A stretch of DNA of 64,000 nucleotides from Lama guanicoe (lineage: Eukaryota): positions 2,059,101-2,123,100 of the forward strand of contig MU057202.1 of NCBI GenBank assembly GCA_013239625.1. The letters are read 5' to 3'. A model generated the notes under the pieces. It searched no databases. It was not told the DNA's origin and was given only the letters and a program-made list of their open reading frames with translations. Both the position numbers and the translations under genes were made by a program. Of the stretch, positions 24,391-34,850 are shown piece after piece (the first letter of the stretch is position 1; every line of letters starts with the position of its first letter).

Positions 24391-24619
24391 CAACACACAG
24401 GGCAGCCGTCTGACCCAGCTGTCACCAAGGAGACACAGACGTCTGCTTCTGGGGACTGTTTCCACTCCCACGTGTAAGGGAGAGACCTTCAGAGACGCGT
24501 CTTTCTTTCCTTTCTTCTGCAGACAATGTCAGAGGGGGATGTGGTGCTTGACACTGCCGTCTCGCAGCAACGAGACCAGACACGTGAGGATGAAATGCTC
24601 CGAGTCTCACCCTGAGGGT

Positions 24620-24860
24620 CCACAGGGAAAAAGAAACAGTTCCTGTTCTCCCGGACTCACAGTCCAGCGCAGGAGACAGAGAGAAACAGGCAATATGATC
24701 TGGCGTGAGCTGGCTGTGTCGGGGGACGTGCTGGAGGGGAAAATCAGGGACAGAACTTGGGGAGGGGGCGGTGAGGTCCACACAGAGGCTCAAGGAAGAG
24801 CAGAAGGTAGCTAGAGGAGAGACTCTGGGCAGAGGCACAGGGCTCTAGGACGGTGGAGCT
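24620..24860 (-). mobile_element. L2 fragment
   Basis: acagttcctgttctcccggactcacagtccagcgcaggagacagag resembles antisense L2 acagtccctgccctcaaggagctcacagtctagtggggagacagac. Confidence 0.55.
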
Positions 24861-26324
24861 GCATTCGTTGAGGACGGACAGTGCAGAGACGAGGCACGGC
24901 GAGGAGGGGAGCGGGGCCGCTCCGGCTCCCTCCCCTGGACAGCCCTGGCTCCCGAGGCTGTGCGGTCGGCTAGGTCCCCCACCAGGTTCCTAGGTTAACC
25001 TGGCCAGCGCCCAGCCCCGTCCTGGGACGCTTTCAGGGGCAAGTCTGGGCCTTGCTTCTCTCCGTGATGTGAGGACCTCTTGGCCTTTGCTATCTGCGCT
25101 GGACTCCTGTTTCCTGCTCTCCGCGGCCTGGGGGTGAACAGAGGATGGTGAGCCCCTCCCTGGCCGCCCCTCCCCACCTGCCTCCACGCCTTGATAAGGT
25201 CAGCATCAAAGGCTGGCAGAGGAAGGCAGGAGAAGTCAGGGCCTGCACCACCACTGACAGATTCACGGCACACGGAAACAGCTGACGATCCGGCCGGGCC
25301 CGAGCTGTCACCTCGGAACGCCCGGCGCTCCCAGAGCCACGGGCCGGCGGGCTCCCGGGAGAAGGCCTCCCAAACACACTGACAACTTGGGGAAAATCCC
25401 TGAGAGACATCAAGAGAGCAGCAGGGATGAAAACAGCCAGGGCCGCGGTCCCCTGGGCGAGGCGGGCCGGGAGCTGCGGGGAGATCGAGGCCAAAGAAAC
25501 AAAGGGACCTTGGCAGAAGCCCCTTCCCCCAGGACATTAACCGCTTCCCTTTCCCTTCCAACAAGGCAGGAAGATGGAAGCGAAGGAAATGGAAAATGCA
25601 ACCACACACCGATTTAGCTTTTTGCTGCTTGGAGCTCAATTTTTGCTAACTTTGGAAATCCCAGAAGAGAGAGGTGTTTTGTCAAGACATTAAAAAAATT
25701 ATTTTTTAAGGGAAATAAGACAGGCTATTCATGAGCAGCAGGGAAGCGCGCCTCTCGGGGTGCCCGGCACCCCCACCGCACCTGGTGATTTGATTTAATG
25801 ACACGATGAGGCTGCTGTGAGCATCCTCTCGGCCCCAACCCGGTGCCCACAAGGGCGTTAACTCAGGCACCGCTGGGCTTTGAAGCCTTATTTTGTGCTC
25901 CCCTCTCCCCTCCCACCTCCTGCCAATTAACACCAGGGAGAAATCACATCCAGGTGGAGCCTCAAGCTGGCCCCGCCTGCACAGCCGGCGTGTCCCTGGG
26001 GTGAGATGGCGCTTCAGGGCTTGAGGGTGCCGGCGAGTCTCTAACATGAGCGCCGGCGTCAGAGCCGGGAAGCGGGGGCTGTGCGCCTCGGCCTCTGGCG
26101 CGAACTGCTGATCTCGGGATGACGCCCCCCTGAGCGCCTTTGTAACTGCCGCTCCTGCGCCGGAACGCCCTCCCTCCAGAGCCCTGCGTGGCTGCCTTCT
26201 TCCTGCCACTCAGTTCTGCGCCTTGACCCCCCATGTCTGAAAACAGAGCCCCCAGTGAGTCAGGCTCCAGCCCCTCACCCAGAGCTGTCTGCCTATTTCC
26301 CTGCCGCACCTGCAGTGCTGAGAG

Positions 26325-26455
26325 CACGTCCTGTGTCTGTGCCTGTTGCTGTCTGTCCCTGCACTAGACCGTCAGCTGAGTGTGTGAGCCACGTCTGTGT
26401 CCCCAGGGGACACCAGGCACAGAGCAGGAGCTGCATAAACATCCACTGAGTGTTC
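26325..26455 (+). mobile_element. L2 3' tail
   Basis: tgtctgtccctgcactagaccgtcagct...ccaggcacagagcaggagctgcataaacatccactgagtg. Confidence 0.6.
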
Positions 26456-27374
26456 TTATTTTTTTCCCCTAAAGATAACGTTCCCCAACATCACAAGGGG
26501 GCGTGGAAGACAGCCCATATCTGGCCGTCCTGCCCGGGATGCCCTCGGACTCCAGAAGTGGCCGCACACTCCGAGGCGACTGGGACATCTCTGGGGAGGG
26601 AAGTTGTAAAGGACAGGGACACTCTGCAGAAATGTGGGGTGAAGGCACACTCCGAGGGTGCTCATGGGGCTCTTGGGAATTTTCGTAGATCACAAGACCC
26701 CAGCTCCAACAGGCTTTACAGCCCAACTCACGTCACGGCTACAGAAGTGAGTGCACCCCTTTTAAAAGTGAGGGGGGCTTCCCTCCCCCCTTTCCTGCCA
26801 ACACCTGGAGGCCTACCTCCTGCCCTCAGGAGCCTGGAAAGGAGGCTGCTCTGGGCCACGTGGGACGTCGCCACTAAGCACACCAACATCTGTGCAGTTA
26901 ATCCCGTGAATTCCACAGCAGAGGGGCCTGGGCCACAGGTGGAGAGCTGCTGGGTGCTCCTGGCCCCGTGCTGCGGACGGGGGCAGAAAACCTGCTGCAG
27001 GTGGGGTCCCCCGCTGGGCACTTGTTGGAATGCAAAACCTTAAGGACTTGGCCGTTGCTGGGGTCAGATCCATCAGGACTGGACGGGAACGGGTTTCCCG
27101 AGGCCTGGAGCGCTCATTTCAGACACACGTTGGCATACGTTTCTAACTTACATCAGAGATGGGCTCTTTCCACTCCCCCAGGTGCACCTCGCCCCTGTGT
27201 GCGGGGTTTAAAAGGACCCAGTGTTTTCATTCGAGGGACATCCTATGACTCAGGTTTTGTAGAAGTCAGAATCCTCAAATTCCACAGCTTCGAAGACTTC
27301 AGAAGGTCACCTGCTCGGACCGGCCTCTCCCTCTACGCACACAGACCGCTGCACTGATCTTAAGATCAGGAAGA

Positions 27375-27562
27375 CTCCTCCGGGCAAGCTCCTCAAGCTC
27401 CTCCTCTAAGCTTCCTTATCAGAGAATCGGGCAAAATGACGCGGCCTGTCTCGGAAGGTTGCTGGGAGGAGTAAATGAGACACGCGTGTGACGTCCCTAG
27501 CGCCGTGCCCAGCACCGTGCACATATTCAATAAATGGCTGTAATGTTGCTGTCATCATCACC
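27375..27562 (+). mobile_element. MIR fragment
   Basis: ggttgctgggaggagtaaatgagacacgcgtgtgacgtccctagcgccgtgcccagcac...ttcaataaatggctg is the MIR 3' half. Confidence 0.7.
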
Positions 27563-27778
27563 AATGCACAGTGTTTTCTTTGCGTCCCCACCTCGCCTTT
27601 TCAGTCAGTCAAGTCTGCAGTTGGCTCGTGAATGGAAGCTTCCTTCACAAGTCGATTACAACCCGGGGCCAGAGCTCTGAGGCTCACTGCAGACTGGCAG
27701 GGACCAGCTCTTACCTTCCGAAGGGCTGAGGTCAGAACACCTGGGACAGCTCAGGCCGCGCCGTCGGCGTCTCTGATG

Positions 27779-27797
27779 CCACGCCCTCTAGTGGAGG
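27779..27797 (-). promoter_or_regulatory. Candidate CTCF binding site
   Basis: The reverse complement cctCCACTAGAGGGCGtgg matches the CTCF core CCASYAGRKGGCR at all 13 positions. Motif only; no binding evidence. Confidence 0.6.
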
Positions 27798-28061
27798 GAC
27801 GAGGAGGGACGCGGCTCCTGAGCTCAGGTGTGCAAGGAGGCAGGTGAACTGCAACCGGGCAAAACCAGGTGCACTGTCACGCCGTCCGAAATCAATTCTC
27901 CTGAAACACAGACAATTGAAAAAAAAAAGGCAATCAAGATCCCAGCCAATGCAAACAGAAACCCATCTTGAGGGACTGAAGTCTGTGACGTTCTCTTCCT
28001 GCTTCGGGTTTTAGATCAAGCTCAACACCAAAAGGCAAGGTGAGGCTCCCTGTCGAGCTGA

Positions 28062-28197
28062 CAAAAAATGTGCTAAAGTGAGCTGTGCTGATGGCCGCTT
28101 AACTCCGTGAAGATACTAAAAACCTCTGAAGCTTACTCTTTAAGTGGGTGAATTGTATGGTATGTAAATGATATCCCCATAAAACTGTTTTTTAAAG
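28062..28197 (+). mobile_element. L1MB7/8-type extreme 3' end
   Basis: actccgtgaagatactaaaaacctctgaagcttactctttaagtgggtgaattgtatggtatgtaaatgatatccccataaaactgtt. Confidence 0.85.
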
Positions 28198-28369
28198 TTG
28201 ACTTTTAAAAACAGTTTTATTGTTTTTAGATAGTTCCCCAAATACTCATTTATGACGAAGATGGAGAACACGTGTGAAAACAGATTTTTCTCGAAGAAAC
28301 TATTTGCGTTCTCTGAGTTCCGGATGCGTTCTGTAGTTTGTCCCGTCAGGGGAAGAGTCTACTGAGGTC

Positions 28370-28940
28370 AGTGTTAAGGTCCCGGCGTGTGCCAGGTGCC
28401 GCAGGGGACGGGAGGCGTGCAAACCCCGACGGTGAATTTAAGTCTCTCTCCAGGTATGGAGACCAGACTGATCCTTAGAAATAACTGGACAACAAGAGAG
28501 AAGACGGCTCAATATCGGGGGCTATGTTACTTGTTGAAGGAGTGGAAAGGAGGGTATTCTCGAAGGTTCAAATAATGCAGGAAGGCTTCACGGAGGAACC
28601 TGAGCTAGAACTGAGTTAAGCTGAATAGAAGGCACAAGTGAAATGTGAACACAAAGCCACGCAGAGCTGGGACCACAGCAGCCGGCCCTCCATGGGCCAA
28701 CACCTGCGGAAGACAGGTGCGTCGCTCAGCGCGGGAGGGTCCCGTTTCCCTCTCTCCAGTCTCCAGCCGGCGCCCCCACTGGCCCACCCCCGCCAGAAGC
28801 CAGAGGGCGGGGCCACTGACAGACCACGTGACCAGTCCCCAGGGAGAGAAGAGGGGGCAAAGACAGAGGAGTGATGGGGAGGGCTGAGCAGCGGTGCACA
28901 GGGCCTCACAGCAGGGCGGCAGGGGGTAGAGCCCCAGGGG
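28370..28940 (-). mobile_element. Degraded L2 fragment
   Basis: gtgtgccaggtgccg...caggaaggcttcacggaggaacctgagctagaactgag resembles antisense L2; highly diverged. Confidence 0.45.
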
Positions 28941-29074
28941 AGGGAGGGTTTCATCAGGCAGACGGACAGAGGACCGTGGCGGGCCCTTTGCTGCTCCCAG
29001 CTTTCAAACAGCAGAGGGGCTTCTATCGCTAGAATGTGCTGGGCTCCTGGTCACGTTCTCTTTACTCATTTAGT

Positions 29075-29235
29075 TTAAATCCTCCACACTCCACACATGG
29101 TCCTCAGACACTGCCTGGAGCTGGTTAGAAACGCAGACTCTCAGGCCCACCCGGAGGCACTGCCCCAGAACCCGCATCCTGACCAGATCCCCGGTGACTC
29201 AGACTCAGGTCACTGCTGGAGAAGCTCTGCTTTAA
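29075..29235. mobile_element. MER5A/B hAT-Charlie MITE
   Basis: cctggagctggttagaaacgcagactctcaggcccacc...agatccccggtgactc...gagaagctctg. Confidence 0.8.
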
Positions 29236-29367
29236 GTCACCCCAGGGGTGAGGAGGCGGGGCTGGCGGCGGTTTAAGGTGGGCTGTGCACCCTACTGCAA
29301 GGAGCAGGACACCGTGGCCGCTGGCTCCCCAGGACACCAGGGACCACGGCACGATTCTCTCAACACA

Positions 29368-29582
29368 ATACACCACAACTTCCTTATCCAGTCATCTGTT
29401 GATGGACATTTAGGCTGTTTCCACGTCCTGGCTGTTGTAAACAGCGCTGCTGTGAACACTGGGGTGCAGGTGTCTTTTCAAAGTAGAGTTCCCTCCAGAT
29501 ATACACCCAGGAATGGGATTGCTGGATCACAGGGTAAGTCTATTTTTAGTTTTTTAAGGAATCTCCACACTATTTCTCACAA
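29368..29582 (-). mobile_element. Younger lineage-specific L1 ORF2-end fragment
   Basis: ccacaacttccttatccagtcatctgttgatggacatttaggctgtttccacgtcctggctgttgtaaacagcgctgct...gggattgctggatcacagggtaagtctatttttagttttttaaggaatctccacact. Confidence 0.92.
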
Positions 29583-30819
29583 TATCCACTTTTTGTCCAT
29601 TGCAGCTGGCAAGTGAGATGAAATTCAGTTACCAATTGTGTCTGTGTAATATTGCCCATTTATAACTTTAGGCAGAAATTTTTTTTAAACTTCTAAAAGT
29701 GAAATTAAATGTAGAAATGATGATACAGATAACCACGCAAATTTGACAGCCATTCTGGGACTTGGTCAAGGCGGGGGTTTGAGTTGCCCCTTCCTAGTCT
29801 AAAAGCGCTCTCCCCGGGTCTGGTGTGGCGGCCACCCATGTATTCTGAGCAGATGTGCTGAGGAGGGCAAAGGTCGGGTTCTGAGGTCTTGCAAACGGCA
29901 AGACACGGGAAGAGCTGGTTGTTCGGGTTCACGGTGGCTTCATACCGTCTGGAGACAGCTCGGCCTGGGCAGGTCTGGGCGGTCCAGGCACCGTGGGCCT
30001 GGCAGTGGACTTCGAGAAATGGAACACACGGATCTTAACTTGCATCCAGTTGGCTCGCACCCCGCACCAGACGCAGTACAGACATGAAGTAAGGGTGGGT
30101 GTGGACAGCGTGGCGTGCTCGGGTGGCGACGTCAGGTCACACTGAGACAGCAGCCTCCACAGTCAAGGAAACACACGCTGGCACTGCTGTGCTTCAGAGT
30201 GGCCCTGGGACCCGAGGCCCCGTGGCTCGGGTCCCCTCTGCAGCGGGGGTCCAGGTGCAGGGCCGCACTGAGGACCCGCTCAGTGCAGGCTGAGGGGGTG
30301 GTTGTTACCCATGTTATCTTCCAGACCCCGCCAGTATGTCGCTCAGGAAATCTGCTAAAACTGCGCTACATGATGCGTTCTGGTTCAATTGGGGGGGGGG
30401 GCTACTCTTGGGAAGCACTTCACCCGTGACCGCTGTGCATAACTCACCGGATCTCGACCACGTGCTCTCAAGTGTCCGTGCTCCACCCTGCACGAGTCAC
30501 GTCACCACCACGGTGAACACTCCACACTCACACGCCCTCCAACCTGTCAGCACGTGCAGGGCGTACCCGCCGTTCCTGGCCTCCTGCCAACATCACTGTC
30601 TGCGCGGCGGGAGGGGTGGCTTTGATGATGCAAACCAGGACCCTCACCGCGGGTCCGGGAGGGCCCAGTGACAGGGGTCAGCGCCGCGCTGCGGCCTCCC
30701 CGGCCTCCCAGGCTCCCCACGGCTGCTCGTGCTCTGACCGCCAGCGCTGCGCTGCTCACCTGTGTTCCTTCTCTTGAATTAGTTGTCTGTTTTCTCCACA
30801 GGTGGCCCTTGGAGACCCC

Positions 30820-31350
30820 CCCTTTGACATTACTTCAGGCGAATGGAAGCAGACAAAAACCTTCAGGATACCCTTCACTTAGATTCCCCAGATGTGACTA
30901 TTTACCGTGTCTGCAGCATCCTCTCTCCCTGCCCGCCCCCCTTTCACACACACACGCACACACAGAGGAAGCTGCAGACAAGATCTGCCTTTGCCACTAA
31001 ATACTACCAAGTACATTTCCTAAAAGGGAGCGATTCTCTTCCATAACCACAGGCCAACGATTAAAATCAGGAAACTAAAGTTGACGCAGCTCTTCGAGCT
31101 GGTCTCGTTCAGGTTGCTCCGAGCGTCCTAGGAAAGCTGCGCTCGGCTGGGAGTGGGTGGGCCCCGCAGGCCGGCAAAGGCGCGCGCCATCTCCGGCCGC
31201 CTCCCGTCCCACCCGGCTGCTCTGTCACCCCTGCATTGGTTTTGGTCACTTGTAATGACGTCTTACTTCAGAGTCGGTGTCACACTGACAACAGAAGTGG
31301 TCTTGAGGGGGCTTCTCTTTCCGTAACAGATCTCTGCATCAAGCAAGGCT
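30820..31350 (-). mobile_element. L1MC4/5-type 3'UTR
   Basis: ctaaatactaccaagtacatttcctaaaagggagcgattctcttccataaccacaggccaacgattaaaatcaggaaactaaagttgacgcag. Confidence 0.75.
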
Positions 31351-31479
31351 CCGGTGACCAGCCAGCAGGCCGCCTGCTTCAGAGCTACGAACTGTCAGCG
31401 AGGCCTGCTTCGGTTCGGGGACGCGACTTCCAAACCTAGTTTTGTGCGGGAATACCCATTTCAGCAGTTGTTAGCAGCA

Positions 31480-31965
31480 GGGATGGCAGAGCAGCACTAC
31501 TCACAACAGCCAAGGGGTGGAAGCGACCCAGGAGTCCATCGGCGGCTGACGGGTACACACAACCTGGCCCATCCACACAGCAGGATGTTACTTATCCTTA
31601 AAAAGGAGGGAAGCCCTGGCAGATGCCACTGCGTGGATAAACCCCGAAGACACCAAACTAAGTGAGACACGTCAGTCACAGACAGAGACATACTGAATGA
31701 TCACACTTCTGTGAAGTCCCAGAGTTGTCAAATTCACAGAGACGGAAGCAGACTGGTGGTTACCGGGGGGGTGGGGTGGGGGGATGGTGTTCCATGGGGA
31801 CAGAGGTTCAGTCAGGAAGACGAAAAAGTTCTAGAGAATTTCCAGGTGGTGATAGTTAAACACCTTTGGGAACGTACTTCATGCCACTATACACTTAAAA
31901 CGGTTAAAACGGTGAATTTTATGTCAGGTGCATTTTTACCATGATTTTAGAAAAATAAATAAATT
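31480..31965 (+). mobile_element. L1MB-type 3' end with A-rich tail
   Basis: tcacaacagccaaggggtggaagcgaccca...ctaagtgagacacgtcagtcaca...gtcaaattcacagagacggaagcagactggtggttacc...cacttaaaacggttaaaacggtgaattttatg. Confidence 0.92.
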
Positions 31966-33274
31966 TTTTTTAAAAGCTGTGTTTCAGAGGGAGCCAGGAT
32001 TTTAATCCCTTGTGTGGAGAAGTTTTGCAGCAGCACTTACCCCTGTCATTATTCTGGTCCCTCAACAGCCTTCCTAAATTCACTGGCCCACAGGTGGCAG
32101 CTGTCCCTGTGCCTCCTGAATGTCACCCAGAAACGCGAGCAGCAACACAGCACACACTTCCACACGCGCCTCCCGGCGGCACTGGCCGGCCTGACGTTAG
32201 AAATGCATGATTCTCTGTTGCACCACTGACCCCTGTGGTGTGTTCTGTTAGCACCACACGCTACACGTCTGTATTTTCAGTAAAGACCAGCCTCGGACGC
32301 CCTCTGCCTCCCCGCCCCCCAGCATCAGCACGGCCCACGTGGGGCACGGAAGCCAACGGCCGCCTTCACCCGGCGCGGTCTTGCCTCTCTTCCCAGCCAG
32401 AAAGTGTGCGTGGGCAGAGTGCACGTGCCCAGGGAAAGGTGGGTTCTGTCAGCCCCACGAGGCACAGCGAGGCGGGCCTGTGTTCTGTGGAACATGTGTT
32501 TGGCACACGATCCCAGTGTGTTGCAGAGGTCCAGATGGAGGATGTTCTAAGTGCAACGTCAGAATTTCACATCTGCTGATCCCAGCAAGTGCACGGGGCC
32601 AAGGAGAAGAAGTGGGTTGTCTGTCCACAGAATCTCAGAGCACGGATGTGGTTTTGGGGGCTTGTTCAAATCTGGAAGACGAAAGCACAATGTCCACAGC
32701 CCCTGCTGGGCCTGAGCCTGGGCCTGGTCAGAGCTGGGGGACGAGCTCTCAGTTCCACAGATGGAAGCAGAGGCCAGGGAAGGTGGGTAGCGTGAGCTGT
32801 CCAAGGCTGCCTGGGGTTGGGCTCTGGAGACACAGAGCAGCGTCCCTGGCCTCACCACGCTGGACGAGGCACTGGCAAGCAGCCCCGCCAGCGGGGGTCT
32901 GACTCTGCAGGCGCAGCCGTGCGCTGCCGGGGTGCAGGGTGCTGCTCCACTCTGGCTCTGGGTTGCCTTGTGCACGAAATGGAGGCTTACCTAACACAGT
33001 GCTTGGTGCATAGTAACAGTGAGTCATGGAACACAGAGGCCAACAGAACACAGCCTGGGTGTCCAGGAGCGGTCGGGGGAGGACCAGTGGACTGGCCGGG
33101 GTGGGGAGGTCCTGGGGAGACTGCCAGTAGGGAGAGGCCTGCAGACCCCACTGCCAGATTCAGGCCGGGCGTCACGTGGGCTGAGACAGGGCTGAGAGGG
33201 GAGGCTTGTCTCCACGAGCCCTTCTGAAGGCCGACACAGCCGTGCGTGCCACTTTGACAGCGATGCTCAGAAGC

Positions 33275-33662
33275 TGTGCTGGCTGTCCCCTACCCACCCC
33301 TCCAGATCCACCTTCACCCCACTCCGAGGCTGCCCTGCAGGACTGTGGGCCGGGGGCGCCCATGCTGCCTGTCGGGATTCGCCAGTGGGAGAACCAGGAG
33401 CAGAGCGCAGGATGGGAGCAGAGAGAGGCTAGGGGCTTCTCCTCTGCGCCCTCGTGCCTGGCTATGGCGCTCCCCAGCCCCGTGCCCGGCCCCTTCCCGT
33501 CCAGGTGGTAACGACCCCCCGCTGCTGCGAGCGTCTGGGTGTTTCTTCATCCTGGCTGGTCCCCCGAACCCCACCCTTGCTCTGTAAATAGCCACCCCAC
33601 AGTGACACCGACTTCAGTTACCTCTGGGGGAGGCTGCTCTCCTGGTGAGACCAGTGGACGCA
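33275..33662 (+). mobile_element. ERVL solo LTR (LTR33-like)
   Basis: Starts tgtgctggctgtcccctacccacccctccagatccacc and contains ggtggtaacgaccccccgctgctgc and ctgtaaatagc, as in LTR33. Confidence 0.8.
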
Positions 33663-33891
33663 GGAGTTGATCATCAGGCCACAGGAATGGCGACAGCTAG
33701 ACTCAAGGAGAGGACAGCACGTATTTTGCACAGATCCCACGTGAAAGGAATGAAGTGTTGGGGAAAAGTGGCCCGAGGCCTGGGCTGCTCCTGCAGGCAC
33801 TGAAACATCTGCAGAGACCAGAGCTGATTCAGAGGCCACAGTGACTGCCCCCGACCCAGACGGAAGGGCTTCTGGAGCTCGTAGCCCAGAT

Positions 33892-34558
33892 CAGCAGCTA
33901 CAAACTGTGGTCCTTGGACCCTGATGTGTTTCTAGGGCTTCTTCACAACACTTTAGAACGTTATAAAACCATGCATAAGGAAAAGATCCATTCAAAGTTC
34001 AGGACAGACGGACGGGGTCGAAGCGACAGGTACAAGCAGTTCACTGACTTGCTGTCAGATTCCACGCTGCAGCTCATCCTTACGGAGCTGCTGCTTGTCG
34101 AGTTTTGGTGTAGTATCAAAGAATGATACCCTAATTATCCAAAAAGACTATTAACCGACCTCAATTTCCAAACACATGTCTGTGTGTGGCCAGACCTTCT
34201 TCACAGGCTCCGGACTGAATGCAGAAGCAGAGAAGAGAACCCAGCTGTTTCCTATTAAGCCAGACATTAAGCAGGTTTGCGAAAATATAAAACAATGCGA
34301 GCCTTCTCACAACTTTTCTATTTTGCAAATTATGATTATTTTTTCTAAAACACGTTATCTGTGTTACCATGCAGTGGATTTACTCTTCCTCCTGTTTATA
34401 TCATTTACTGGATTAAATATTTTTAAACTTTATCAATTTTGCCATCAAATTCTCTGAATATCGACAGACATGAGCCACAAGTGCAACACAGTTTGGAATT
34501 TTCAACAAGTTTTAAGAACATAAGGGGGTCCTGAGATTTAAAGGTTTGACAGCCTCTG
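33892..34558 (+). mobile_element. Charlie1 (hAT) DNA transposon, internally deleted, both ends retained
   Basis: Termini cagcagctacaaactgtggtcc and gggtcctgagatttaaaggtttgacagcctctg; transposase remnants SDSTLQLILTELLLVEFWCSIKE and LNAEAEKRTQLFPIKPDIKQVC (hAT C-terminal region). Confidence 0.92.
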
Positions 34559-34694
34559 TCCTAGGAACGATATTGTCAACACTGACATCTGTTGCTGCCT
34601 GAGGAAGGGCCAGATGGTCTCAGCACACATGCTTTCAACAGACCCCCACGAAGCTCGTATGCTATTAAATGACATGTGAAGATTTAGGGTCTGG

Positions 34695-34850
34695 CCGTGT
34701 AGTCAGACTGCCCGGGAGATTAGGGTTTGTCCTGTCAGTTTGAAGTCTGTGCAACCCTGAGCAAGTTCCTTTCCTTCTCTGAGCTTCGTCTGGAAATGGG
34801 GATTCAGCGGTTCCCGCCTGACAGGGGTGTGCGTGGGAACTGAGTGGTGG
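34695..34850 (+). mobile_element. MIR fragment
   Basis: ctgtgcaaccctgagcaagttcctttccttctctgagcttcgtctggaaatggggat. Confidence 0.7.

Noticed and set aside
27354-27369. Perfect 16-bp palindrome ctgatcttaagatcag
   Set aside because: About one such palindrome is expected by chance in 64 kb (64000/4^8).
33914-34457. Possible ZBED/Buster-like domesticated transposase gene
   Set aside because: Only short, frameshifted C-terminal fragments between transposon termini; this is a dead Charlie1 copy.
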